Shown here: positions 37,269 through 51,983 of the stretch, one piece after another
Numbering within the stretch: the first letter of the stretch is position 1
How the letters are laid out: each line of letters begins with the position of its first letter
Source: Felis catus
Lineage: Eukaryota
Assembly: GCF_018350175.1 (NCBI RefSeq)
Contig: NC_058376.1
Coordinates: 137,950,001-138,014,000 of the forward strand
DNA length: 64,000 nucleotides
Reading direction: 5' to 3'
Notes under the pieces: generated by a model
Seen by the model: only the letters and a program-made list of their open reading frames with translations
The model's database searches: none
Told to the model about the DNA's origin: nothing
Made by a program: the position numbers and the translations under genes

Positions 37269-38019
37269 TGAAGAAGGAAGGAAAATACCATTCCCTGAGC
37301 ACCTACTTATCCAGGACTGTGCTTAGTGGTATGAAGTTTTTATACTGCAGGTTTTGCTTACTGTTGTGTTACACATTATTATCCTATACTGATGAGGAAT
37401 TAGCTGCCCAGAAAAGTGAAGTAAATGGACCAAGAATCACACTTGCTGGGTGGCAATGCTTAGATCTGAACCCAGACGTTTATCTTCAAAGGTAAGCTAC
37501 AATGTGAAAGACAACTTGTCAGCCACAGACTACTTTCAGGGGTAACTGAGACTAATTCATTCAGCCAACGTTAAGTGAGCATCTACCGTGTGTTGACCGT
37601 GGTTACGGAAAAATGGCAAAGAGTGCATTTTGGAAACATGTCGAGGTCAGAGAAAATGGGAGAGTTTTGATAACTCTCTAGACTCTACCCATTTCAGAGG
37701 CAGTTACAAAGAAAGAAACTAACCTTTCTTTCCATTTCCACCATTAGAGGTCTGTATAGGCCACTCCATTTACTTTCTTTCGATATATCATCTGGCAACG
37801 TCTCAATCAGCATTCACAGCCAACAGCTTTGGTATGTCAGGTCACAGACAGAAAGCAATAGAAAGTGCTGTGTTATTGCCTGTAACAGCAGCACTGCCCA
37901 GCCCCTCTTTGTCTGATTCTATGGCTTGCTAAAATTAAGGCTAGACAGAATGGAGAGCTGGTCCAAAGTGATTTTGTAATGTAATGTATCACTCTACGGC
38001 CAGTGATCATTTAAAAAAA

Positions 38020-38231
38020 ATTTTTTTTAATGTTTTTATTTATTTTTGAAGAAGAGACAGAGCATGAGTGGGGGAGGAGCAGAGAGAGAGAGGGAGACGT
38101 AGAATCCGAAGCAGGCTCGAGGCTCCGAGCTGTCAGCACAGAGCCCGATGTGGGGCTCGAACTCACAAACCATGAGATCATGACCTAAGCTGAAGTCGGA
38201 CGCTTAACCAACTGAGCCACCCAGGCGCCCC
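38020..38231 (-). mobile_element. SINEC
   Basis: TSD gccagtgat(c/a)attt. Confidence 0.92.
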
Positions 38232-39799
38232 TGTGCCAGTGATAATTTTAATTGGTAATCGATTTCTTAGTGACATATGTAGTTTCTCATTTCTAAGTAA
38301 GACAGACTACTCAAAGAAAACAGCAGGTATAGACACAGCTTAGATTTTCAATATCATATTTACAGACAACCCAAATGTCCAGGATAACTCGTGTTATCCA
38401 AATTGTGATATAGCTGTTAAGCAAATTGTAGTCATTTTCTAAGCATTAATCTTTTAAAGAGATTGCCTAAATAACATGTAATAACAACACAGGACCTCAA
38501 TATGAGAATTTCCTTATTGTCCTACCGTAAATCATTTCTAGACCGACATTTCTTTGGCAGAGTATCTGAAATGACAGTGATAGATCAATCCTTCCTTTCT
38601 TTTGTCTGCTTCCATCCTCCTTGTCTCTTTTTTCCCCTTTTCTTGCTTCCTTGCTTTTCTCTTTCCCTCCTTCCTTCCACTTACTAACCACCACAGATAC
38701 AACAAACCCATGCTTATTTTTCAAGAGCGCTTTAAGTTCTGAAGAACATCCATTAACACAGCTAATTACATAATGCCCATTAACACAGCTGAATTCCTAA
38801 AATAATGATTTTATTCCATTTTCATTATCTATAAGTCTGTTTCTTTTACCCACAGAATTAATTGTGGTGGTAAAATGTGCTTCTCCTTCCATATTCCTGA
38901 CTAGCTTAATCAAATAATTTCTTAAAGTACATCACTTTTCATTTTAAATGTAGCTTTAAAAAACAGGTTAACAACTGCCTACATTTCACTGTAGATTTTA
39001 TGTGCTATAATATTATATGTCATCCACTACCAACGTTATAGGCTTAGCAGAATAAAATAATCATTGATCTTTTTCATATGAATGCTATTAAGAAAAACGA
39101 TGTAAACTTTAACTGATTAAAATGTTACTTAAGATGCTTTATTAAAACTTATTTTAAAGCAATTTTTCTCATTAAGACTTGACAAATCTGGAGATGACTT
39201 TATTTAATCTCATTACAAGGATGTTTTGCATGCTAAGAAGAGCCTGCAGAACCATAAGGACCCAGAGAGACTCAGGCGGTCTAGAGTTGCTGATACCTGT
39301 GGGCAATTAATTCCTGCAGATATGCTGTGCAAAGTGCTTCTTACACAAATCAAAGTGGGAAGAAAGAGCAGGGAATCACGATCCTGTTCGTGGTTTTCGT
39401 TTTCTATAAACATCGATAAAAAATGGAGATGGCAACAACTCCCAACTAAAATCTGTGTGATTCTTACACATCTCTTGTGATTCCTTGATTAAAAGCCATA
39501 GAATTCAACTGATTTAAAGGATGCAAGTATGTGATTAAAGAACAGGAGAAGATCTATCAGGAAATAACAAAGTTGTAAACATCATCGCTACTTTCCCAAC
39601 CTTCCAGAGAGAGCACCATGTTCTTGAGGGTAGGGGCGTTCCAGGAAATAAGATATATGTGATATTTAATTTAAGCCACAAATAATCCATGAGGCAGTTA
39701 GTAGTATTACTGCCATTTTACAGATGAGTAACAAAGGTACAGGGAGACCAAGTAATTTCCCCATCCCTATATATTTAGTAAGTAGTGAACCTAGAATAT

Positions 39800-40715
39800 A
39801 TACCCAGCAATTGCACTACTAAGTATTTACCCAAAGGTTACAAACATACAGATTTGAAGGGGTACGTGCACCTGCATATTTATAGCAGCATTATCAACAA
39901 TAGCCAAACTATGTAAAGAGTCCAAATGTCCACTGAATGATGAATGGATAAAGAAGATGTGGCATATTAGGGCACCCGGCTGACTCAGTTGGTACAGCAT
40001 GTGATTCTTGATTTCAGGGTCATGTGTTCTAGCCCCATCTTGGGTGTGGAGCCTACTTAAAATAAAGATTAAAAAATTTTTAGAGGTGCCTGGGTGGCTC
40101 AGTTGGTTAAACATCTGACTGCTGGTTTTGGCTCAGGTCATGACCCTGTAGTTCATGAGTTCAGGCCCTGCATGGGGCTCTGTACTGACAGTACGGAGCT
40201 TGCTTGGGATTCTCTCTCTCCCTCTCTCTCCACCCCTCCCCTCCTTGTGTTCTCTCTCTCTCTCTCAAAATAAATTAAAAAAAATGAAAGAACATGTGGT
40301 ATATATATTCAATTGAATATTAACCAGTCATCAAAAAGAATGAAATATTGCCATCTGCAATGATGTGGATGGAGCTAGAACGTGTTATGTGAAGTCAGTC
40401 AGAGAAAGACAAATACCATACAATTTTACTCATATGTAGAATTTAAGAAACAAAACAGATAAACATGGGGGAGGGGAGAGGGAGGAAAACCATAAGTGAC
40501 TCTTAACTACAGAGAACAAACAGCGTTGACGGATAGAGGTGGGTGGGGACGGGCTAAATGGATCATGGGTACTAGAAGGGCACAGGTTGTGATAAGCACT
40601 ATGAGTTACTATGTAAGTGATGAATCACTAAATTGTACACCTCAAACTAATTTTACAAGGTATGTTAAATAATAGAATTAAGTAAAAACTTTAGGTTAAA
40701 AAAAATAAAATATAA
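39800..40715 (+). mobile_element. Carnivore L1 3' fragment interrupted by two SINECs (39969-40080 and 40084-40284), next to a MIR
   Basis: cccagcaattgcactactaagtatttacccaaag (ORF2 end); duplication aagaagatgtggcatat / aagaacatgtggtatat around the SINEs; the 3' UTR and A tail resume afterwards. Confidence 0.88.
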
Positions 40716-43265
40716 ACCTTAAGCTCTGGTTCCCAAACCCATTGTCTTCAGCTCCACGGTCTTGCGCCTCGATATGTGGTCCATGACAGGCAGGATCAGC
40801 TTTACCTGTGACTTTGTTAGAGTGCGTGTTCTGATTTAACTGCATACGGACATTTGGGAACTGCTCTACACTATAACAACAATATGAATCATAATAACAT
40901 GTATTACATTATATACTTCTTTACAGCTTTAAAGTATATACACATATTACTCAACCATGGGCAAGACAAGCCTAGATGGCAAGTAAGAAGAATGTTCTAA
41001 GAGAGCAAGAGTGTATTTGGATGTCACCAGACGGTGTTCTGCTTGCAGTTTACATGACAGCGTGAACACGCTGTACTCTTGGAAGATTATGAAGGGAGTG
41101 GTCATGGACTCATGTCCCCAGAAACTACTTAGTGCTATGATATCATGGAAATTCGCTCAACTTGCCTAGGAAGGGTTGTCCAACCACATCAAAAAGCTAT
41201 CTTACCAAAAATGACACTAAATGTCCTTTCTGAGACTATAATGAAAGAAACCCATTTCATGAGAGTTTCCATTTATATACAAGGAGGAATCTTGGCAAAG
41301 CAACTGTTCAGCATCAGAAAATATTTAGGACTCCAGTCTTGCCTATTGGATGCTTTAAATAACTCAAAGACCAAATTTAATTAATTTGTATCGAATGCAA
41401 AATTGGATATGGCGCTTTTATAATAAATACAAGTTAGTTAAAAAACAATGAGATAGGATAGAATTTATTTTTTTTCAATTATTTGACTTTGTCCAAATAA
41501 GAACCAGCTCATTAAAGGGAATCAATCTATCAAATTAGTAATATTGAATTTGCTACTTAAATTATTTAAAAATACATTGGTTTCTTGCACCTACCTCCTC
41601 AGCTACCTTACAAGCTTTATTCTTCATTTATTCTACAATATTCTACAAACATTTATGAACGGTCTGTTATTTGCATCTCTGAGGATGCCTAGAATGATAC
41701 AGAGCTATATTAGTCACATAATAAATGCTTATTGATTCATGAATTAAAATAAAATTTATTCAGGTTCTCTGAATTAAAATTAAAATCCCTGACACAAAGA
41801 ACGGGGTCTTGGTCATTGTTCTATCTCCCATACTAGAAACCTGACAGTACCTGAGTATTTACCGAATTAATGAATGAGTACAAGGTTGTAGAGAACAGGA
41901 AGTTACCATGCTCTTGAAGAGGACCGTGAAATATATTAATTCCCATGAGCAAATAATGCCCATTTAATGGCAAGAATGTGAATAGTTTATATCTTAAAAT
42001 ATAGATTAACAATTGGAACACATGTTCTAAATACCTTTCAGTTCAATTTAATAAAAATATCTATTATCAAAATTTTCAGTTTATATTCATTGCCTACTGG
42101 TTCATATATCTTGCGGTTCAATATTGTCTGCTAACAATCAAGCTGATACACACATTTATGTATTAGCTCCTACTTAATATTCACATTATCTAGAGCCAAA
42201 ATTGACGAGAACAAAGTTCACGATAATGAAACACGCATTAATGATTTTAGTAGAATTCCTTAAAGCAGGTCCTTAACCATCAGTGCTCCACAGAAAGACA
42301 ATATTTAAAAAGGGTATAGACAAAATATGGGTTTTTATTTTAACAAGTGTTTTTTAGAGTGTTAGTATAACAAGTCTCACATCCGTAAGATTTTTGTTTA
42401 TGTCATTCTTAAAAAAAATAAGAAAAAGAGGAAACTAATACAGATATCCTCAGGACATGGGGAGAAATCTAGAGCCATTTATTCCTCCACTTGAGCTACT
42501 CAAAAATAGAACTTGCCAATGACAGTAAAAAATAATGGCTACCAACCAGCCATATAAAGAAAGCAGCTTCTATTGAAGAAGGCCGATGTCCTAAATATGG
42601 AATTAGATAGTAACTGTAGAACTAATTACCCTATTTATAGTCGAATGTTAAAGTTGGCAAGAGGATCAAAAGATGTGATGAGAACAGAAGCAACCTGGAG
42701 TCCTAGTATTTCAAAAACTTAAAATGTGGGAAAGGAGAAAACCAAAATAAATGCAGAATGCAAGGAATTGCATACGTAATCAACATTCCCCCAAGCCTGT
42801 GGAATTGTACATTAAATATAAACAAATTTCATCTTTTGTCAACTTTAAATCTTTGGAATGATTTCAGGAGCCAAAATTCAACTTGGAATATTTTCCTTCA
42901 CTCCTGTGGTGATTCTTTTTCTTCAGGATGTTCTTTTAGGTTTCCTTGGCTGACACCCCTCTCCTTGCCAACTACTGTAAGGGTCTTTTTAACCAGTTAA
43001 ATCGGGACAGACAGCACAATACACAGATAAGAAAGAACTGGCGACATTTATTTATTTATTTTTTATTAGGCATGCAAGTTTTTAAAACCTGAATTTTTAA
43101 AAATCCTTCAAACAGCATGCAGGTATCTGCAAATGATAAACTATTTAATATAGCATATATTACGTATCGTGCTTTCAAAAGAATTCTGAGAACAATATGG
43201 GCTCATATGTTCAACCTTTCACAGATTCCCAAAACTTTTCAATGAAGTCAGAGATTAACCAGAGT

Positions 43266-43492
43266 AGTGGTGGCTGGGTGGCTCAATTGGGTAAGCATCC
43301 AAATCTTGATTTCAGGTCAGGTTATGATCTCTCGGTTTGTGAGTTCAAGCCCCGCATCAGGCTCTGTGCTAAGAGTGTGGAGCCTGTTTGGGATTCTCCC
43401 TCTCCCTCTCCCTCTGCCCCTCTCCCACTTGTGTGCGTGTACTCTCTATCCCTTCCCCCGCCCCACATTAAAATAAACTTAAAAGAAAAAGA
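43266..43492 (+). mobile_element. SINEC (older)
   Basis: Imperfect TSD attaaccagagtag / attaactagggtag. Confidence 0.85.
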
Positions 43493-44132
43493 AATTAACT
43501 AGGGTAGCACAAGGCAATGAGTGTTTTTTTTCCTTATGTGGACTTACTGATAATTTCTGAGAGTGTATTGGTTTTTTTTTTTAAATTATTATTGGCTTTT
43601 TTTACTGTGTGTAAAAGACACCATGAAAACTTAAATAGTTGATTGGCTCAAAGTTTGTCAACGTTATTGATGTGGGCTGTTTTCCTTTGGAAGGAGTATG
43701 TTAGAATTTCCATTTTTATTTTTGACAAAATATTATTTTTGGGCTCTTACAGTTATCTTGACAATTTAAATTTCTTTATAAGGTAAAAAAAAGCAAAGAC
43801 AAATTCTGCAGCTAAGGGCGTATAAGATATTGTCTCATTTATATTCTAGCTTAGGTTATTTTCATTCAGCTAAAATTGAATATATCCATCAGGTGTACCA
43901 CATAGTATACCTGTGATTGCTAAATTCTATTGGTTTTATGGTTCCATTTGGATTAGTAAGCACAACTCTCTGGATTTTTAAGGGTAGGGGGTGATGGAGA
44001 GAGGTGCCTACAAGTTATTAGATATATTTTAGTGGGTCCAGTGATCCTTACTTCTAAAATGAAAATTTTCCTAATACTCAGAACCCAGTGGTTACCTAAA
44101 AACTATAGCCATTCCTTGAAAAATACAGACCT

Positions 44133-44349
44133 GGGGCGCCTGGGTGGCTCAGTCGGTTGAGCGTCCCACTTCGCTCAGGTCACGATCTCACGGTCCGTGA
44201 GTTCGAGCCCCGCATCAGGCTCTGTGCCGACAGCTCAGAGCCTGGAGCCTGCTTCAGATTCTGTGTCTCCCTCTCTCTCTGGCCCTCCCCCCATTCATGC
44301 TCTGTCTCTCTCTGTCTCAAAAATAAATAAATGTTAAAAAAAAAAAAAG
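44133..44349 (+). mobile_element. SINEC (cat type)
   Basis: Perfect TSD gaaaaatacagacct; CpG-rich. Confidence 0.93.
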
Positions 44350-46736
44350 AAAAATACAGACCTTTCAACCGAAAATTAAGTATCACCTTGACATTTTAAA
44401 TTTGCTGGGTGGACTAAGGAATTGTAAAGTTGACCACTTCTGAGAAATAATCAAAGGGCAGTGTTTGAATGGTGATATTAATTTGCCGAAGACCCTAAAA
44501 TACCATCCCTTCTATACTAAGACCTGATGTAAGTTAGAGCATCATCGCAATCACATTGCATTACAACTGATATTAATAGCCAGACTGCAAAATTTTCCTA
44601 AACTCTTTGACCTTCAATGAATATCCGTTTTAAAAGATAATGTCTTTAATAAGTAAATTTGAATTGAATTTTAGGAGTAAGTTGTCAAGCTTGGTCAACA
44701 CATTTTGACTGTACAATCACATCTAAATAGTAGACAGTTATAAGAAGCCATGTGTTAACCTTTCTACTTGGATATTAATCTAAATAGTTCGCTAGAAGCC
44801 TTTGAGCAGCCTACTCATAAGTGTGATATAGAAGTCTCAGAGTTGGGAACATGCTGATCAGGAAATAGAGACTCGTGTTTGATGCTAACATCTAATTATT
44901 AAGATCAGCTGGGCTCATGAAATAATATTGTAGGTAGTATAAGTTGCAATTAAGTATTTTGCCAAAGACATTTGCAACTTAAAAAATTTAAAAAGTTTTT
45001 TTAATACACAAAGTATATAGAATATTATAAATAACTATGTACTGATCACCTAGACTGAAAAACTAAGTATTAAAAACTCTTTGCCTTTGTTACAGATATT
45101 TTTTTAAACAACAAAGCTTTAACACTATAGATATATTGAAGTCTCCTTTGTTCCCCTAATCAGTCCTATTGTCTCCTTCTTGCTCCTTAGAACACACTGC
45201 AAATAAAGATTTAATGTACGTTTTTCCAGTTCATGTTGTTAATGTTCTATAAATCAATCTCAATCTTTCTCTCTCTCATTGCCATGTGATTTTAAAAATA
45301 TGCACATACACATACATATATTCTGTAGGTCTGCACACATTATGCAAGTTGTGTTTCCTCCCCATCTGTCCTTTTGCTTAAGCATTAAAAAAAAGATACA
45401 TTTGTTAAAAAGAGCTCAATTTATATCCATTTTCCTATCGATATTCGTATTGGTTTTTATGCATTTGTTTTATATAGCTGTTTCTTTTGGCTAATAACAA
45501 AATTGCTGCAATGAACGTCATTGAATTAAGTCTCTTGACACACAAATGCAAGAGTTTTTCTACACACTTACATTCGGAATTTTACGCCATGATCCCCAGT
45601 AAGAAGCATGTATATATGCATAAACATAAATATCTATATACATGTGTATATGTATTTTCCCTTCTTCAAAATTCTAAATGTCTTTACTATGATTTTAGAT
45701 AAGTAGAATTAAAAACGAACTAATTCTAAGCTCTAAATCATCCTATTTTATTTCTCTGTCCTCACTCTGAACTAGGATCTCAAAACCAGAGTATACCAAT
45801 AGAACCAGATAAATAATCTAAGAGCTAGTTAAATTAAATCTCAAAATCAATTGGTATTTTCAGATTTTTTTTTCTTTTTAGCTAAGAAAAACACAAAAAT
45901 ACAAGGGGGCAAAAAGGCCAGTCTTCCCAGAGACCATTGTACCTAAGCACAATCTATTTGATTATATCAATTCTGTATTATAGAAAGTGCCAGAAAGAGC
46001 TGATTACCTCTCTTTTATATTCTTCCTATCACAAGTTCCTAGGAAAACAGGGACTGTTGCTTTTCAATATAGCAAGTGACAAAAGTCACAAAAGTACTAA
46101 AACAGTAGGGGATGCAGAGATGTTCTAAAGAGCAAGGATGTTTTGGTAAAATTGATTGTTTTTTTCTGTGTGATTTCTTTTGAAAAACTGCTTTAAAAAT
46201 GTCCCCAACCTACTGTATTACTAGACTACCATTTTTCTAGTTTCTAAAAAATAATTTGGAATTAGACATTAAAGTAATAAAGTTACTTTCTTATCCTCAT
46301 ATATAGTCAACCTCAAATTTCTGTTTTCTTTATTTTTCTTTATTTTTCCTTTTTACCTTTAGTTCCTTAAAATCCCTCAGCAAGGTCCACAAAAAGAAGC
46401 TCAAAAATTAACTACTCATTTTACCTCTTTCATATTTGCCCAAATTCAAGATAAAATGTGCCATCAGGGGTTAAGCTCCAGAGAAAGGCAAAATGCAAAT
46501 TATCTTACTTTTGACTCTACTACTGTCTTGATTTATGAGTTTCAGAGAGAGTCATTTACCACTGCTACACCTCACCAGGATAAGGGAAATTGGATAGCAC
46601 TACCAGAATTTGGGTGAAAATTGTATTTGTGAGTTTCTCAACTATCCATCGTTTGAATTATCCAAATAACAGCTTCAAAGTCCCCATCACTTTCTAGGTA
46701 TAGATGAAACTCAAATCCTTAACAATAAGAGCAGAG

Positions 46737-47014
46737 CAGTGCTTTTCAATTCTCTCTGCCAAAGGACCAGCTTTCCCCACATCAATCAGAGGCTAAAACT
46801 CTTATAAAATATAATGGAATGAATTATCAGAAAAAATTAAAAATATACAAAATATAAGTCATCATTCTTTACTGGCTCCAACAGATGCAAAATTGCCCTA
46901 GGCTTCTATAAAAACTTTTAAATGCTGCTCACTCTCAATTTCTGTACTTCTCACAGACCAGTAAACAGTTTTTGGACCAGGATGGGTCTGAGAACCACAA
47001 TCTGAGAAGCACTG
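46737..47014. mobile_element. hAT-Charlie-type MITE
   Basis: Terminal inverted repeats cagtgcttttca / tgagaagcactg. Confidence 0.7.
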
Positions 47015-48359
47015 AGTCATGAAACAATTGCCTTGCTGGCAAAAAGTTCTCATTCCTTTGACTAAGAGTAATGAGAAACAGCATCCACGTCGTTCTTTAC
47101 ACTGGTGATGAGGGGGGATGTGTGAAGAGACAACTTGGCTCAAAAGATAGTCTGAAAAGACTGCACCTGTACTGAACTGTGAAAATGGATTTTCCCACCA
47201 ATTTTGACCACAGGGTAGAATACAGTGACTCTTAACATTTAAGGGGCAAAGGAATCACTTTGGGGAGAGTGTAAATAATGCTCATTAGGGTCCCAACACC
47301 AGAACCTCTGTTACAATAGACTTCCTTAATGTCTACTATTTCTATATTATTTTCAATTTTAACACCTTTAGACCCTCGAATGAGGTCAACATGATTATTC
47401 TAGTTTCACAGATGAGAAAATCTGGACTCAAAGTTTCACAAAAAGTAAGGTATTAAACATAGAACTCAAACCTTTTAGATTCTTGGTATTTTTTTTCCTT
47501 ATGTGTGAAGATGGATTTTTGAGTCTTAAGAAGCCTAAATTATTGTTGGAGTAGGAGTGAATTTTTTAAAATTTATTGCCATTGAAAGTTGTTTATCCCC
47601 TAACAATGATTGCCCATCTACAACATAAATGTTTGTGAGGGTGACATAATATAAAGCCCACATTTATGCTCTAAATGCTCTTTTCCATACTTACCCAATC
47701 ATGGCCAGATTGTTGCGCAAGAAATAACTTACTGTCTGGGAATTAAGTCTTCTAAGGAGTTACAGATTACTTAATTAATAAACTAATACAGAACCAATGC
47801 TCTGGCAGCTGACTGAAGAAACTACAACTGTTTTCAGGAAAGAGATCGGTTAGCTTTGTTATAGATGAAATCACACTGGACTTGGATCACTGAACCTAAA
47901 TCTGGCCATGATTTGGTCACTATTTGCGTGATTTGGGGTAAACTATTTTATCTCTCACCTATAGGTTTCCTTACCTATGTTATTCAGATAATAGCTATAA
48001 CATCCAAGACTCTTGCGAAATTATATTGTTAAAAAGGTCGGTGTAAAATTGCCTTCCTTAAGAGCCCTTGTCACTCAGTTCATGATCAATACATACTTTT
48101 TATTTAAAGAAAAACCAATATATTGTGAATTATATTTTTCCTTTGTTTACAGGAGTTCCAGGGAGCCTGAACTGGCTCCTAAAAGAAAACTTCCCTACAG
48201 TGTAGATGACCTATGGTGTAGGGACTCTCTTTGCCCCAGGGGAAGACCGACTTACAACCACTGCAGAGAGTCAAGTTAAAAGATAGACTGTAAGTTGTCA
48301 GAAACCCTATAGTAAAGAGTCTGGCAAGTGAGAGTGGTAAATCAGATGGCTCTAAGAAT

Positions 48360-48745
48360 CTTTTCTTGCCAGGGCCGCCATAATAAAATACCACATACTA
48401 GGTGGCTTATATAACAGAAATGTATTACCTCACAGTTCTGGAGGTCAGAAGTCCAAAATCAAAGTGTCAATGTTCGGGCTGTGAGGGAAGGATCTGTTGT
48501 AGACCTGTCTTCTTGGCCTGTTGATGGTGTTCACCCTGTGTCTCTGGACATGTATCTCTGTGTCCAAATTTCCACTTATAAGAATACCAGTTACAGTGGG
48601 TTAGGGCTCACTCTAATGATCTAATGATCTTGTTTTAACTAATTACATCTTCAATGTCATCTTCAGTGACCCTACTTACAAATATGATCACATTCAAAGG
48701 TACTATGTGTTATGAATTTTGGGGGGACCCAATTCAAACCATAAC
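48360..48745 (-). mobile_element. MaLR LTR (MLT1A/B-type)
   Basis: ccagggccgccataataaaataccacatactaggtggcttatataacagaaatgtattacctcacagttctggagg...aattcaaaccataaca. Confidence 0.85.
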
Positions 48746-50574
48746 ATGATTTAGTGATTAGCATCTTCATGAAACAGAAGTCATGAGTCTCAAATTTTTC
48801 TGCCACTTACTACCCAAGAAGCTGGAAGTCCCTCAATTATTTTAGGCTTATCTGTAAAATAAATGAGTTGGAGTAGAAAGAAATTGACTCTAAAAAGTTT
48901 ATTTCATTTCTGAAATGTCTGTATCTCAGTGTGGAGCAGGGATCTCCGAAAGAGCTGCTGGATCCCATAAACTCAGAGCTTAGACAGGCTCTTATCTGGG
49001 TCCTCCTCTTTACCTAGAATCACAGTTAGTAAGACATTCAGACTAGGAAACAGGTCAAATATGTTCTTTGCAAGAGCAAAGTGTCAGTCTGTTATGATTA
49101 GATTGACTGATAAAGGAAAATAAGCAAGCATATGGTGTATATTAAGCCACATCTTTAATGTCTACCTCTGGAAAAATAGAAATAAAAATATTTGACCACC
49201 TTGATTGTCACTTAAGAGAGGAGAACTGAGCGGCAAGGGAAGAACAGTCAGGGAAACCTTTTTGCTCTTTTTACATCTTGAATCACAGGAGAATGCGTTA
49301 CCTGTTCAAAGAGTAAGCAAGGATTAAAAGAGGAAACTATTTGTGTATTGTGTATTTGTTTATTAGCCTTTTATTTTCAAGCCGAGATACTCATATTTAA
49401 GTCATTTTGCGTTTTGGAGTTTTATAAGTAGGCTTGACTTTTACAGCTTTTGGCTTCACAGGAAGCTAGAGGGTTTGGCAAATAAGCTTCTGTATTTCAG
49501 TGTGAAAACATAAAATGAAAGACCTCACAAGTAGATGTTTCTTAAGAAGCTTTTGCTATACAAATATGACACAGTTAATGCACAGAACTAGCTAGCAATC
49601 TGCTATCTCTGTCTTCAAAGGACAAAGAACTTAGCAATCAATACTATATTTACTATGTCATTATTCACCTGAAAAATTTCCACATCCTCTATCAATTGTG
49701 ACTAAGAAAGACAGTCTTATTTTCTTCTACTCATAATTTCCAGTTGGCTGCCTACCTATTTTAGGGATGGCAGCAATTGTAGACATTTAGTAAGAGCAGT
49801 TACTAACATATAAACTGGATTTAATTAATATCTCTAAAAAACAAACACAAGTGTGGTTAACTATTGTTTCTCTAAGTGCTACACTTGCTGAGTGATGGGA
49901 GGCACCTCCATATCTGGAACAAAATACAGAGCCACAGAGGAAAGTGACAGTAAGGAATAATTTTTGAAAGGAAAGTAGGCAACGTGTGCCATTACACATG
50001 GTAGTGTTTCCATTTTAAAGATGGAGGAAATGAAGATCTTGAAGGGTATATATCTGAAGATAACAAAAACTTCAATCTGACATTTCTTCTTTAGGTTTCT
50101 GTATTTTTGTCATTCACCTATTATGATATTATAAATGCATAGGTAAGCCACAGCTGTAGAATATGTGTTATACACACTTAATGAAGTCCTTTTAGAGTCA
50201 TAAAGTGCCTCACCAATATTTTATGGTAAAAGTCCTTTTGGAGTCATATGAAACAGTTGAGGAATATCATAAAAGACTAGTTTTAGAGGACATTCTATAA
50301 ACAACCACTGTGATTTTAACATCACTGTTCTTCCATATAACCAGAGTAAATAAACACATGAGCCAACATAAAATTATGGATGAAAATTAAGGGGATGGTT
50401 TGATGCTATGCATGCTTATGTTTCCTAATAATCCCTTAAATTAATAACATTGGTTAAATGGAAATAATCTAGTGTATGAAAACAGTGAGTACTTAGATTT
50501 TCTGTTCTGTTTCTTATGGTACAACTATAATGGCTATTTCTCTTCTATTATCTATCATGCATTTTCTCTGTCAT

Positions 50575-50650
50575 CTATTTATCTATCTATTCATCCATCC
50601 ATCCATCCATCCATCCATCCATCCATCCATCCATCCATGCATCCATCCAC
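50575..50650. repeat. (TCTA)n/(TCCA)n tetranucleotide repeat
   Basis: Direct reading. Confidence 0.95.
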
Positions 50651-51868
50651 AATTCCAGAATTGTGTGTTGAGTCTTTGCAATGTTCCAGGCTCTGTACTA
50701 TGATAACGTTACCAAACAAGATAAACATGGAACTGATCTCAGTTCCCAAATTAAACCTTAATGTTTTCCATATAGCTTTCCTTGGCCACCTCCAAGTGAC
50801 TTCAACTTCCCTTGAATTCAGGGAGCATTTACATTCAAAGGATTTTATTTAAGCATTTAGTTACAGAATCCTTTACAGAATGACTTAAGTAATGCACCAC
50901 AGTTTTCAACAAGTGAAGCAAACTGTATAGATAAGGTTACTGCTTGCATAAACTCTACTGTCTAATGTAGTGTTTTAAAATCTAAATGTTTACCAGTAGC
51001 TGATAGAAGACTGTTTTAAGAAGTAACTAATCAACTTACGTCAATACTATAGACACAAGGACCATTCCTCCTCTTCCACCTGCCCCTTCACTCCCTCCAC
51101 TTCCTCTCCTCCCCCTCTCCTCTTTCTTCTTTTACCTTCTCTTCCTCCTCCTTATTTTTGCATTTTTATTATCTGCTACAGTGTCAGACATATAGTCAGT
51201 GCTTAGTAAATGTCCAACAAGCAAATCATTGCGTAAGAGATGAATTGCTTCTTCTTCCTCCAATACTTCAAACTTCCCTAATACCCCAGCACACAAACAC
51301 CAGAAAATAAGTTCCACAATGACAGAAATTTAGCCTGTTAGTTTTACTGCTGAATCTGAAGGGCCTAGCCCATGATTGGTCCTCAGTAAACTTTAGTGAA
51401 TGAATGAAGAAATACACTCCAGGAGTGTAAGAACTGTCCAGTGTATTTAATCATTTCCCTGGCTTCCCCTCCCCTTCCCTACTCACATATGTTCAAAATC
51501 TGAGGTCCCAACCCGGAACTACTAAATCAGAACCTGTATTTTAAAATGATTCCCCCAGTGATTCACATGTACCGTAAAGTAGGAGAAATGCTGTTATAAA
51601 TCACATCCATTTCACTTTCCTGTCCCCCTCCCCACCAGTGATAACACTTCTGAACTCCAACTAACACCACACTCAAGTGTCTAGGGTAGTTGTTTTTGAG
51701 AAGTAGGAAGAATCAGCACAGAGTTGGATGGTAAGATTTGATCTCTCTTTACCTCGCTCCTCCTCTCTGCTTGGCTCCCTCTCCCATAATGAAATCATAT
51801 CACACAGAGGAGGAACACAGAGTCAACATTTCTATACTAATTTACATGTTTTGAATGTGAAAGAATAT

Positions 51869-51983
51869 GGGCCACCTGGCTGGCTCAGTAGGGAGAGCAT
51901 GTGGCTCTTGACCTAGGGGGTCATGAGTTTGAGCCCCATATTGGATGTAGAGATTACTGAAAAACAACAACAACAACAACAAA
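51869..51983 (+). mobile_element. Short SINEC variant (tRNA head with a (CAA)n tail)
   Basis: gggccacctggctggctcagtagggagagcatgtggctcttgacc; TSD aaagaatat. Confidence 0.8.

Noticed and set aside
42631-42640. Exact MEF2 site CTATTTATAG
   Set aside because: A single AT-rich 10-mer in AT-rich DNA with no supporting context.
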